Shown: positions 27,671 through 38,835, counted from the first letter of the stretch. The stretch is 64,000 nt of DNA from Octopus vulgaris (GCA_951406725.2 OX597824.1:58218001-58282000), one strand, 5' to 3'. The notes: a model not told the origin generated them from the sequence alone. Translations and numbers: made by a program.

Positions 27671-27842
27671 CAATAATAATAATCATAATAATAATAATAA
27701 CAATCATCATCATAATAGTAATAATAGTAATAGCAACAACAATCCCACGAGTGCATCGGTTCTTGGTGCCGTCAATAACGGCTCGAGGTCAGATGTGCAG
27801 CAGAATCTGAGTTCCATGTTGTCTGACTACCAATCTCTATAA
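27323..27842 (+). CDS. Six1/2: Terminal coding exon, likely exon 2 of a Six1/2 (sine oculis-type) homeobox transcription factor; SIX domain/homeodomain exon would lie upstream of the window
   Basis: Phase-2 acceptor, then a stop-free frame (x)EPNGTGQTSQSMGDHSPQSDFKDLDSPRSLKGQLKVENSQHVVYTDLQ...poly-N/H/Q...QQNLSSMLSDYQSL*. Both flanks of the repeat encode complex sequence. From memory, the C-terminus resembles Drosophila So (..DMGEYQHL) and Six1/2 genes have a phase-2 intron just after the homeodomain. The exon call is strong; the gene identity is an inference because no homeodomain is in the window. Confidence 0.65.
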
Positions 27843-27894
27843 ACCTCGTGGGGTAACGACCGATCAGGCTACTGGTCGGAGAATATTATTAATC

Positions 27895-27956
<62 letters not shown>

Positions 27957-28138
27957 ATGTGATAGTAACTTCGATGTTTCGTTATATTTGACATTTCTAA
28001 ATTTCAGACAGCTTGAAAACTCAAATTTAGTGAAGTATCGAGGTTAAAGTCACCTTTTAAAGTACAAATACTTAACTCTCCTTCATGCATTGGTCTTTAA
28101 TCAGTTAATGTTTCTTGTTTTTATATTTTTATATATGA

Positions 28139-28182
<44 letters not shown>

Positions 28183-28235
28183 ATATATGTGCATATATAT
28201 ATATATATATATATTTATATACATTCATATATATA

Positions 28236-28273
<38 letters not shown>

Positions 28274-28498
28274 TATATACGTTGGTGTTGAAGTGAAGAA
28301 ATGTATTCGATACCATGGTGTGTGTGTATACATACATGGATGTATGTATATGTATCTATATACCTTTCTACACGCACACACACACACACACATATACAAT
28401 ATACATACACACATATACACACTCATGCATACATGCCTAATATAGACGATAATAATAATAATGATACATAATAGTAAATAAAATTAATAATATTAACG

Positions 28499-28572
<74 letters not shown>

Positions 28573-28775
28573 AACAGCTCCAACAGACATGCCACAAATT
28601 CATTGTTGATAATTTCATATAATTAAAATCAATAAATGAAAAGAAAAAGACTTTAAAATAATTAAACTGCAAATAATACGAAAAATTTAATGGACGCAAA
28701 TGGTTAACACAGCAACAACATCAACATTTACAACAATAAAAACACTACCATGTTTTTATGACGAAAATAAAGCAC
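27843..28775 (+). other. Probable proximal 3'UTR with candidate poly(A) signals (AATAAA at ~28631, ~28735, ~28766)
   Basis: Follows the TAA stop. Contains (TA)n and a long (AAT)n tract plus clustered AATAAA hexamers. The true transcript end is unknown. Confidence 0.45.
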
Positions 28776-28888
28776 ATTTGTGAAAAGCAGAGTTCATGTT
28801 ATATCGATATATCTGCATGTATATATAAATAATTTTGTATCTCTTGCATGCTTGCATGTCTTGGTGTGTGCGTGTTTGTGTATGTGTG

Positions 28889-28970
<82 letters not shown>

Positions 28971-29191
28971 GTCTCGTTGTCTGCATGTATGTATCTATGA
29001 TTTTGACATGGAGATATAAATCTTTGTGAGTTTCTTTGTGTGTGCGCGTGAGTCTGTACATATATCTTGTAGTCGAACTGTGTCTTTAATCTGGACGCAG
29101 AAGTGCGGCGAAAGTTTTGACACAACGTGAAATAGACTGTATTGTGTGTGCGCACTTGGATATCTAAAAATAGTTTTTCCACGATGAAATT

Positions 29192-29229
<38 letters not shown>

Positions 29230-29798
29230 TATTATTATCCTCTTCGTCATTTAACGTCCTTATTTGCATGTGTCTGACGGAGTTCTTTATTGAGGCAGAT
29301 TTTTTCTCCGGCCGGAGCATTTTCTGTCGACAACTCCCACCTGTTTTCAAACAAGGTAATATTTACTCATAGTCTAATATGTTATCGCAGAATATTGGAA
29401 AGGAATTGTACAGCTTCTGTGACAATGACAACCTTTACAACTTTTACACGATGTTATGACTAAGCGACACAAATACACAGAAGCACACGATCAAACACAC
29501 TCGCACGTGTACGGGGACACGCACCGACATACACACACACACACACATACATATATGTATATATATGTATATATATGCATATATATATTGACATGTCAGG
29601 CTTCATTCAGTTTGAGTCGTCGCAGCCCGGGTCTATAAGTACTTGCCCAATGTTCCGTGCACTGGGACTGAACCTAGAACCGGTTCGGAAGCAAACTTTT
29701 CTCAACATGCAACCATACACGCCAGCCATAAAATACCTAAAATATATACGAAATATTTGCGTGTGTGTGCGCGAGTTGCGTGTGTGTGCGCGAGTTGC

Positions 29799-29833
<35 letters not shown>

Positions 29834-29852
29834 TGTGTTTGTGTGTGTGAAA

Positions 29853-30450
29853 AGGTATAGAACCTTCAGAGCAAGGGACCAGGAAACTATGTTGGTCCTG
29901 TGGAGGACATTTGTCCTCAGCCGTCTGGACTACTGGTCTCAATTGTGGTTACCCTACAGTGTCGGATTAATAGCGGAACTTGAGGCGGTTCAGCGATGTT
30001 ACACAAAGATGATTTCATCAATGGAACAGCTGAGCTACTGGGAGGGACTGAAAGAGCTTTGACTCTCCTCCCTGGAGTGAAGACGGGAGAGGTACGCAGT
30101 TGTGTATGTGTGGAAAATACTGGAGGGACTAGCACCAAACTTTGGAACTGAGAATTATTCCAGACTTCGAATTGGACATCAGCTGTTCCAAAAGTCCCAG
30201 CTGTCCCATTTAATGTGAGGACCAAGTACTACAATAGCTTGGAATTCAAAGCCCCACAGCTATTTAACGGCTTGCTAAAACATCTCAGGGATCTTCATGG
30301 AATAGGGATAGATGTTTTCAAGAATCCAAGACTCCAGATGAACCAATATCAAGGCAGGGACCTCATAAGAGGGCAGCAGTGTCGAACTCGCATAACGTCG
30401 GCCAATTAAAAGATGATTGCAGTGGCGGTGCATCAGCGTTGCCACAGCCT

Positions 30451-30451
<1 letters not shown>
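29853..30451 (+). mobile_element. CR1/L2-like LINE, 5'-truncated 3' fragment
   Basis: FRARDQETMLVLWRTFVLSRLDYWSQLWLPY...ELEAVQRCYTKMISSMEQLSYWEGLKEL*LSSLE*RRERY is the conserved post-RT LINE region, with stops. Confidence 0.85.
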
Positions 30452-30514
<63 letters not shown>

Positions 30515-31256
30515 TTTAAACCCGCAGAAAGACTAAAGTAAAATTTTCGTGGACAGTGAAGCATAGAAGTTAAGCTCTACCGCTGGGTTTAGATGACACT
30601 GTAGTGTTGTGGAGATAAAAAAGCAAGAGTTTTACATCCTCTTTGTTTGAGTTTTTCCTCTCCAATGATCTACTATTCATTTCTACAATTCATTGCAACC
30701 TGTTGTTTGTATTTAAATATTTTTCAATTGTGCTATTTTAATATTTTGTGTGGATTCATGGATTCTTCGTAAAGTTCACAGAATGTACACGCCGTCGAAT
30801 TTTTTTTTTTTTTTTGAAATAAAAGGAGAAAAAAGATGAATATAAACGATTTTTATGTATCCATGTACGTATATATATATACATATATATAAATGGATGA
30901 CAAAGAATTAAATAAATGGTATGATAGGTCCTGATTATTAAAATTGCTGTTAAAACCTTAAAGTCTAATCTCTTCAAAGCTGCCGTGAACGCTACATCAT
31001 TTAATAATTCTAAGTGGTGCTATTAAGCAGACTTTTATCTTGCGGCCTGCTTGATACTTTCTTGAAATGGGTTCATTTAAACAAACACCTTTAAAATTTT
31101 ATGAAAATTAAAGATTGTAAAGAAGCGGAAAAAGGAAAGATATATATGTATATTATATATATATCATATATTATATATAATATATATATATATATATATT
31201 ATATACATCAGATGTATCCTCAATATATATCGTATGTATATATGCTATATAAATAA

Positions 31257-32461
31257 AAATCAATGTTCAAATTATATTGGTAGATATCACTTATATAAAC
31301 TAAAGGTATGTTTCTGACAATGTTTACATCGATAAGCACGCTCTATAACCGGGTTTACAAGGGGATTCTTAGAAAACAGAGTTGGCAGAATTCTTTACCT
31401 TTATCATATGGGAATGAAATGGAGAGAATCAACCAATCTAAATTAAATTGTTTATTATGGTCTTTTAGATACCAAATTAATTTACTAATCCCTGTACTGT
31501 TGCGTTTATTACTATCACTAAATGTAGAGTAATGATTAGAAATATTTTAGATAAGTGAGATGAACTACCTATATATAAAAAAGACATCGGTACCTCAGTA
31601 ATTTTACACTGGTATATATAGTTTTTAATCTTAGAATTACTAGACATAAACTTAATACTGTTGGAATTGACTTCAGAGACAATAACCTTGTTATTAATAT
31701 TTCTGGGGTGATGGTTAGTATTAGCTAAATTAATGGTTAGTATTAGTAATTGGATTCTTATTTAACATACTAATATGTGTGGAGATAATTTATGGGGAGG
31801 CAAATTAAATCTAATCTTCCTTTCCAGTTTCGGGAAGCTATTATTAGGAATTTTCCAAAGAATTCTAGGTATCACTCGATTATCAACTCGCATACGGTTA
31901 GGATTGGTTTTTGCAACACAAAAAATCTCTCACAAATTATCTCCTCACATAATATTAGTCTGTTAAATAAGAATCCAATTACTAATACTAACATTAATTT
32001 AGCTAATACTAACCACCCACCAGAAATATTAATAACAAGGTTATTGTCTCTGAAACCAATTCCAACAGAATTAAGTTTATGTCTAGTAATTCTAAGATTA
32101 AAAACTATATATACCAGTGTAAAATTACTTCAGGTGCCGATGTCATTTTTTATATAGGTAGTTCTTCTTCTCATTTCTAATAATTACTCTACATTTAGGG
32201 ATAGTAATAAGCGCAACAGTACAGGGCTTAGTAAATTAATTTGGTATCTTATTTCATTCCCATATAATAAAGGCAAAGAATTCTGCCAACTTTGTAATAG
32301 TGAACTATTTGTAATAGTGAACTATTTCCTATTCTATTTTCTTAGAATCACCTTGTAAACACGGTTATAGAGCATGCTTATCGATGTAAACATTGGCAGA
32401 AACACACCTTTAATTCATATAAGTGATATCTACCTTTATTTATAATTTGAACATTGATTTT
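31257..32461. repeat. ~1.2-kb quasi-palindrome: arms ~31257-31795 and ~31930-32461, spacer ~135 bp
   Basis: Extended reverse complementarity, e.g. TTTTACACTGGTATATATAGTTTTTAATCTTAGAATTACTAGACATAAACTTAAT versus ATTAAGTTTATGTCTAGTAATTCTAAGATTAAAAACTATATATACCAGTGTAAAA. Confidence 0.95.
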
Positions 32462-32960
32462 CTTTTTTACATTTCACTTCCACTAGGTATATCTTTCCCA
32501 AGCCTTTAAACTTTTATTTTAATTCACATATCGCTGTATATTTCTCCTTTATTAGTTTAGTTTTCTACTTATTTCTTTCCTTTACCCCTTCTCTTTCTAT
32601 AGGCTACGTTTGATATTATGTCTTCTAACGGTTTAAAAAAACCCAACTTAATAGCATTCCATTCATCATTATGCACATCCATCACATTCTGTTAAAATGT
32701 ATTATTGATGAGTTTGGTTTCTTTCTTTCCCTGATGAGAGGATTACATCGTTTTACACCATTTTATTTCTTTGGAACAATACTAATGTTGTTTTCGAAAC
32801 ATAAGTCGGAAGTAAAAGAATTTGAATAACACCTACGTTTAACTCGATTTATTTATTTATATATATTATGCAAAATATTTCACACCAACCTGGAGTTTCT
32901 ACCTTTACAAACAGGGTGTTACGTCCTTATTACTTGTGTGATTTTTTGCTGCCCAGGTAA
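31792..32960 (+). mobile_element. Penelope-like retroelement 3' part (linker, GIY-YIG endonuclease, pseudo-LTR) with a 5' inverted copy
   Basis: NFPKNSRYHSIINSHTVRIGFCNTKNLSQIISSHN (PLE linker), IYQCKITSGADVIFYIGS (GIY-YIG), RNSTGLSKLIWYL, FCQLC and YRCKH. Confidence 0.85.
32727..32811 (+). ncRNA. Type-I minimal hammerhead ribozyme in the Penelope pseudo-LTR
   Basis: UUCC-CUGAUGA-GAGGAUUACAU...AUGUUGUUUUC-GAAA-CAUAAG-UC-GGAA. The core is intact and stem I pairs UUCC/GGAA. Predicted cleavage is after C32807. Confidence 0.75.
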
Positions 32961-33013
32961 ATGTTTATCTATTTTTCCGTGTTAATTGCAAACAAGGGAA
33001 AATACACACATAC

Positions 33014-33084
<71 letters not shown>

Positions 33085-33644
33085 ATGTATATATACACAC
33101 ATATGTGTGTATGTGTGTGTGCGTATGTATCTACACTCACACCTATGAATGGAAACCGAAATTTTACGAATCGTTACTCTGGGTTAGCCGAATCCAATTT
33201 TCGGATGACTATGAAAAATAGAAGAAAGCTATTCCAACGGCATGCAATGAAGATATTGAAACTCAGAGAAATTTAGAATGGATGGCAATGAAAATAAAAG
33301 GAAGAAAAGGATCAGAAAAGGAAGGGGTAAAGAACTGGGTTGTGCCAGTTAGAGAAAAGAGAAAAGTAACGGCGAAAAAGATGGGTAATAGAATAAGAAA
33401 AATATGTTTAATGACAATAACAGCAGCAACAGCAATGTTTTTGTAGTTACTGATATGGGTACAAGACCTTAGATTTGGGGATGGATTTAGTTTATTTTTT
33501 TTAACGATTTCGAAAGGATTAAAGAAAAAGTTGTCATCAGTGTAAAGCAACAATGAGCTTGGTTAGAACCGTGATGGAAGACCCCTGTGTGGATTAAAAT
33601 TCTATATGTATTTTGAGGTAGTATTAGAGGGGTGAGCCTATCAT

Positions 33645-33885
33645 CACGATTTCAGCTGCTAGAAATAGCAATAAGCCATTCTTAAATCTGTAACTTTCGT
33701 CTCCCCAAACAGAAGAAAAACAGAAGAAAAACAGAAGAAAAACACAACAACGACAAACTACCTTAAAGAATGGAATGATATTTCCGATAGTGTTATCTTA
33801 GATACAATTTGTAGAAGACCATGCCTGGCACACCTTTGACCTTATGTTTTATTGATCGAGACTGACCTGGGTCTGAACAACAATA
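33645..33885. mobile_element. Exemplar of an ancient ~250-bp SINE-like family with at least 13 decayed copies
   Basis: Shared motifs GCTAGAAATAGCAGCC...GGATAATGTAGT...TGGTCACG.CTGGAA..CTTTGA...GCTGACCTGGG...(AAC)n. Other copies, either strand, at ~4505, 7645, 8300, 14130, 18968, 26684, 34565, 35180, 48690, 52615, 53585, 56455 and 58690. Confidence 0.65.
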
Positions 33886-34458
33886 AATGTAATGAATGAA
33901 TTCTAACAGATTTCCGATCTTGGTACAAGGCCACAGACTTTAGAAATTGTACGGTCAGTTGTTTTAACCCTGTAAAACAGAGTTGACAGTACTAGAAAGG
34001 TGAAAGATGATGTCGACTCAACGAAATTTGAACTAAGAACATATAGGGTGGTGAATATTTCGTGCATTTATCAACGAATTGTATCACTTCACTGACACTG
34101 AATCTGAGACAAAGTAGACACATGTTATATGTAAACAGGTTATATGTAAACACATGTATTATGTAAATAGAACTTGGTTTGAGCAGTCGAAGATTTAAAG
34201 AAAACAACAGCAAAGTCAGTTAATGTCATTCAAATAGTAAACGCCATGATTGTATTACCAAATGTGTCAGTAGAACATTCCAGAAGGGCTGAAATTTCTA
34301 CGACATCAAGAGGACACAAAATAGCTTTGTTCGCTGAAAACTAACAGATTATGGCTTATGTATGGATTCCATATATTAAGTGGTTTGGTATCGAGCAACA
34401 GTTGCAGTTGCTTTGTTTTTGCTATGGTTGTTATAAGCATATATATATATTTATGTAA

Positions 34459-34497
<39 letters not shown>

Positions 34498-34877
34498 TGT
34501 GTGTGGATATTATTTCAAAATAGTAGGTCACGGCCTAGTGTGAGACCATTCTTGTTGCAATATTGGTGGTGTTGCTTCCGATTGATCCACTCATCTTTCA
34601 TTGATCCAACAGATCAAAGCCATTTAAGTTGTGGTTCTACTCTCTTTTCAAACATAGGTTCTGTAGAATTGCATTATTCAATATATCCAATCCTTTTTAA
34701 GACAGTAATGATATTTAAGGGATGGTGACAGCGATTTCTTGTAACTTTACGATTGCTAGTAGCTGTGTAGCCCTATTTGTGAACAGCAGTTTAAAGTAGA
34801 TATATTTATTTAATGATAGTTGTCGTAGCTGCACTAGTATTCATGATGGCAGTAGTAGTAGTAGTAGTAGTAGTAGC

Positions 34878-34916
<39 letters not shown>

Positions 34917-34945
34917 TTTTATGAAAAATAAATTTTGTATTAATT

Positions 34946-35157
34946 TTGCTCTCAACTTTTGGCACTAAACCAGTAAGTTTGGGGAAGGGAAAAAGTCGAT
35001 CACATCGGTCCCAGTCTTCAAGTGGTACTTGTTTTATCGACCGCGAAACGATGAAAGGCGAAGTCAACCCCGGCTGATTTTGCAGAACGTAAAGACGGAC
35101 GAAATGCCGCTACGCATTTTGCCTGGCATACTAACGAGTCAACCAGCTTGCTGCCTT
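34946..35157 (-). mobile_element. SINE family A, full length with ~15-bp TSD
   Basis: Reverse complement of 17165-17380. Flanks AATTTTGTATTAATT (34931-34945) and AATTGTGTATTAATT (35161-35175). Confidence 0.85.
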
Positions 35158-36395
35158 AAGAATTGTGTATTAATATTATAGTTGATTAAACCCAAGTGAG
35201 CCCTGATCTAAGACATCTAGGGTTAAAGAAGCGCCAGTAGTCATCATTCACTCCATCGTACAAATATATGAAGAACCACATTATCCAATATGTCCGTCAG
35301 ACGATGTATATGGAACGATAGTTAGATTTTGCAGCTATTTCTAACAATTCAAATGACCACCTGATGGCAGTTCTTTTGATTCAAGTGATATCTAGTTTAG
35401 TATATACTTATTATCAGTACAAAACACCTTTTATAGCCAAAACTCGTAATGTAAATCCATCGTACCGAAACGTTTTATTTTATTGACCGAGTTTATTTTA
35501 TATTCAAAGAAGTAAGAAATACGTTCCGGGAAGAATTGTTTGGAAAATATCTAGGCGTGGGTGGATATAGTGCGGAACCCCATACCCCGTGTTATAAAAA
35601 TGAAGCAAATTTTGGATAATTCAAATTCTAGAGTTTTGTACAGAAATAATGTTGATCTAAAAGCGAAGAATCAAATAACTTTTTCCCACTATTCCGTTGC
35701 ACTGAATGAAAAACTTCATTGCAGTTTTGGGCTGGAGCTAATTGAACAAATAATTACTTGTAATGGTCGTGTACTCTTTCTCAAACTTGAACATAAACTG
35801 GAATATATACATGAATACAACTTCAACAAATTAAGTGTTTTGATTTTTTGTTGTGTATTTTGTTTAAAAAATGTTTTAGAAGATTTTCATTATTCCATAT
35901 AATCTAACACATATATTTTGCCTAGTAGGAAGAGAACCCAGCTCCAGAGCTCTAACATGCATGTTATTTTTTACTTTTCCACACCCGTATAGGTTTCAAT
36001 CAGACTTTTATTCGAGGAAAAAATAATATCCGTTTTCGTGTATAAACACGACTTGTGGTAATATTTAAAGTTTATAAGTTTATTTTATACAGGAACATGA
36101 AATGTATCTCTGGTTAAATATATAAAACTAATGAGAACAATAGAGAATTTGAAGAGAAAGAAGGGGGAGAGGTGAGAGAAAGATTATCCTTTGTCAATCA
36201 AATATTGCCATTATCAACTAATAGGACGTCAAGTGAAGATCATTTACTCCCCAGTTATAATCAGTAATAAGCTTCATTCACACACAGCATTCATCAGGGA
36301 GTTTATTAATGTGACAACATGCAGAACTAATTGTTGTTTTGTTGTAATTATTGAAAACTTCATAAAGAAATAAAAACGTCTGTATCTTCTGGACT

Positions 36396-36657
36396 CAATG
36401 TTTCTTAAAGTGGGTCCTGAATGATCCCATGCATCTTTAAGATATTTCTTTGAATGAAATTTAATAAAATAGTTGTCTTTTTTAAAGAATGTTATTCACT
36501 GTTTTCAAGATAATAAATTATTAAATGCTATATGAATAAATTCTCTTTATAAACAATATTTGTTTCATTAAATTGATTTATAAATATTAAGGCAGTTGGG
36601 GTGATGCCTGTAAAATATAGGGATGGGAGATAATTGGAAGATTGTTGAGAAACATTG
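36396..36657. mobile_element. hAT-like MITE, decayed
   Basis: TIRs CAATGTTTCTTAA / TTGAGAAACATTG, with TCT(A/G)G-type flanks. Confidence 0.55.
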
Positions 36658-37364
36658 ATCTAGCGAGCCGAAACAGTTTAAAGGTGGCAATAAGGATATA
36701 TCCAGCCTTATGGCGAAAAATTGGAGGTGAGATCGTTTCTCTCAAGTTAATATGTTGCCTACTTTACAGCCATTGTACGTCTGGGGATAACATCCTTTCC
36801 ACTCGTACCCACCACTCACTGAGTGACTGAGAAGGTCATAGGTGCTACTTTTCCACCTCTGACTAAGCACCAACAAAACCAGACATCAACATACAACATC
36901 TGTTCCGAAACCGATATTAAATCTCCTAAGACCGCGACTAATTACCAAAGGATTGATGATTAAGCAAAAAAAAAAAAAAGAAACAATGACGTGATTTAGT
37001 CTTAAATTGGGGAGTTCGTGCAGTTCAGTGGAGATATTGTCTCTTTTCATACAAGAATGTAATGACATGAAAATAATTATGTGAATTTAATATTGCTTAC
37101 TGTTGCATTATAGGTGGTTAATATTGTAGATGTATTACTGTAGAAAGAACACTAGTAATGTAGAAGGAGAGGAGAGACTGGTATGCATGGGAAACCGCTG
37201 GCAATCCACAAGCAACCCTGCCCGGACATGTGCCACCGCGAAGTGAAGTGTTCAAACAAGTGTGTCCAAATATAAATAAATAAATATATAAAATAAGCGT
37301 CCGAGATGTAAATATCACACTTGTCAGGTTTCATGACATGTACGGCGAAAATGCACTGAATGGA

Positions 37365-37660
37365 AATCATCGTCGTCATCGTCATCACCAACATCATCAT
37401 CGTGATCATTATCGTCGTCTAACTGATCATTATCATTATCATCATCATCAACGTAATCCGCCTCCTCCTTATCATCATCATCGTCATCACCATTATCATC
37501 ACCACCACCACCACCACCACCATCATCATCATCATCGTCGTCGTCGTCGCCACTCTCCGTATTCCTCCCCTCCTTCTCTTGTTGTTGTTGTTGTTGATGT
37601 TCTTGTTCTTGTTCTTCTTGTTCTTCTTGTTCTTCTTCTTCTTCTTCTTCTTCTTCTTCT

Positions 37661-37704
<44 letters not shown>

Positions 37705-37730
37705 TTCTTCTTCTTCCTTATCATCATTAG
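37365..37730. repeat. Compound trinucleotide repeat (CAT/CGT/CAC/TGT/CTT)
   Basis: Direct reading. Gives homopolymeric ORFs in several frames. Confidence 0.9.
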
Positions 37731-37799
37731 CAGCACCATCAAGGCCAATCCCACCAGAAGCAACTAACAACCTCACATTCCATAACCTGTCTCATCCCA

Positions 37800-38180
37800 G
37801 TATACTTATAGCACCCCAGGGACGCTATTTAGTTTTCGTCTACGAATCTCCAACAGGTTTTTGTTTTTCTTTTTGTGAATGGCCAAGTCATTCCAAGTGT
37901 CAGCAGGGACATGTCAAAATAAGGAAATTGCCTTTCAGAACAAATCTTGGTCGACCAGGTTTCTTTATGACACATGCCAGATGGTCATTTTTACCTCCAT
38001 TTGCGAGACACGATCTGTCTCGAGACACTAACATCGACTTTCGAACCAATTCGCTCGAGAAGATGTAGGTACTAATAATAATAATAATTTTTGGTGTGGT
38101 TAACGCATCAGAGGTTTTGTAAACACTGCTACAAATTAGTGTCAACTGAATGAAAGTTAAGTTTTTATCCGAATGCTGGT
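37800..38180 (-). mobile_element. RTE-clade LINE 3' fragment, very decayed
   Basis: Minus-strand KPGRPRF...PADTWNDLA resembles the RTE C-terminal GRPRxRxKD..WExLA motif. Confidence 0.45.
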
Positions 38181-38354
38181 TTTGCTAATGAATTATGGGT
38201 AGCATCAATATGTTCAATATTATTGCAGGAACATTTCTATAATATGTACACACACTCCGTGTGTACGTATTGTGTGAGTGTGACGAACATCTGAGGTAAT
38301 TTGGAATATTTAATCAGAGTAAAGATGAATCTAAAAAGGTGAAGTAGAAATAAT

Positions 38355-38430
38355 GTCTTACAACTGTTTCTGGGATATCGTAGCTAATAGGTCAGCACCC
38401 CCATACACTGGGCATTCTGTCATCAGAGAT
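38355..38430 (-). ncRNA. Type-I hammerhead ribozyme motif (left arm)
   Basis: Minus strand: AUCU-CUGAUGA-[long, decayed stem II]-GAAA-CAGUUG-UA-AGAC. Confidence 0.65.
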
Positions 38431-38517
38431 AAGGTGTGTATGCAGGAAAGTTCAAAATAGAGAATTTACAGTAGATAGAAGACTAAAGCAATAAATACTT
38501 CCCTACATACACAATTT

Positions 38518-38593
38518 GGCGCTGATGACGGAATACCCAGTGTATGGCGGTGTTAACCCATTACCTGGGGTATCCCAGAAACAGCTGTAAGAT
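38518..38593 (+). ncRNA. Type-I hammerhead ribozyme motif (right arm)
   Basis: CUGAUGA-CGGAAUACCCAG...CUGGGGUAUCCCA-GAAA-CAGCUG-UA-AGAU. The core is intact and the 5' strand of stem I has decayed. Confidence 0.7.
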
Positions 38594-38835
38594 ATTACTT
38601 CTACTTCTTTTTTGATTCACATTTGCTCTAATTAAATATTCTAAATGACCAGAGATGCTCATCCTGCTATGGTTTTGTTTTCCTTTTCCTGTAATATATA
38701 TCCGCTGAGTCGGATGCCTACTACGGATCCCTAGCTCTAACCTCAGATGTGAAATTAGAAACTAATGGATGACCGATTGATCGATCATAGCACTTACGCA
38801 GCGTACCTATTAGTTTAGATAATCGTGAACTAAAC

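Larger units (their letters stand above)
38282..38663. repeat. Inverted repeat (~170-bp arms 38282-38451 / 38497-38663, 45-bp spacer), each arm containing a hammerhead motif
   Basis: CCATACACTGGGCATTCTGTCATCAG versus CTGATGACGGAATACCCAGTGTATGG, and TCTTACAACTGTTTCTGGGATA versus TATCCCAGAAACAGCTGTAAGA. Confidence 0.92.

Noticed and set aside
27840-27900. Stop-codon readthrough extension of the exon
   Set aside because: TAA-A is a strong termination context, and the downstream frame runs into a (TA)n microsatellite.
33500-33545. Minus-strand CUGAUGA..GAAA motif
   Set aside because: No stem II or stem I complementarity.
37324-37776. Acidic poly-D/E ORF (minus) and poly-H/R ORF (plus)
   Set aside because: Compound trinucleotide repeat that is open in several frames, with no complex coding flanks, unlike the 27323 exon.
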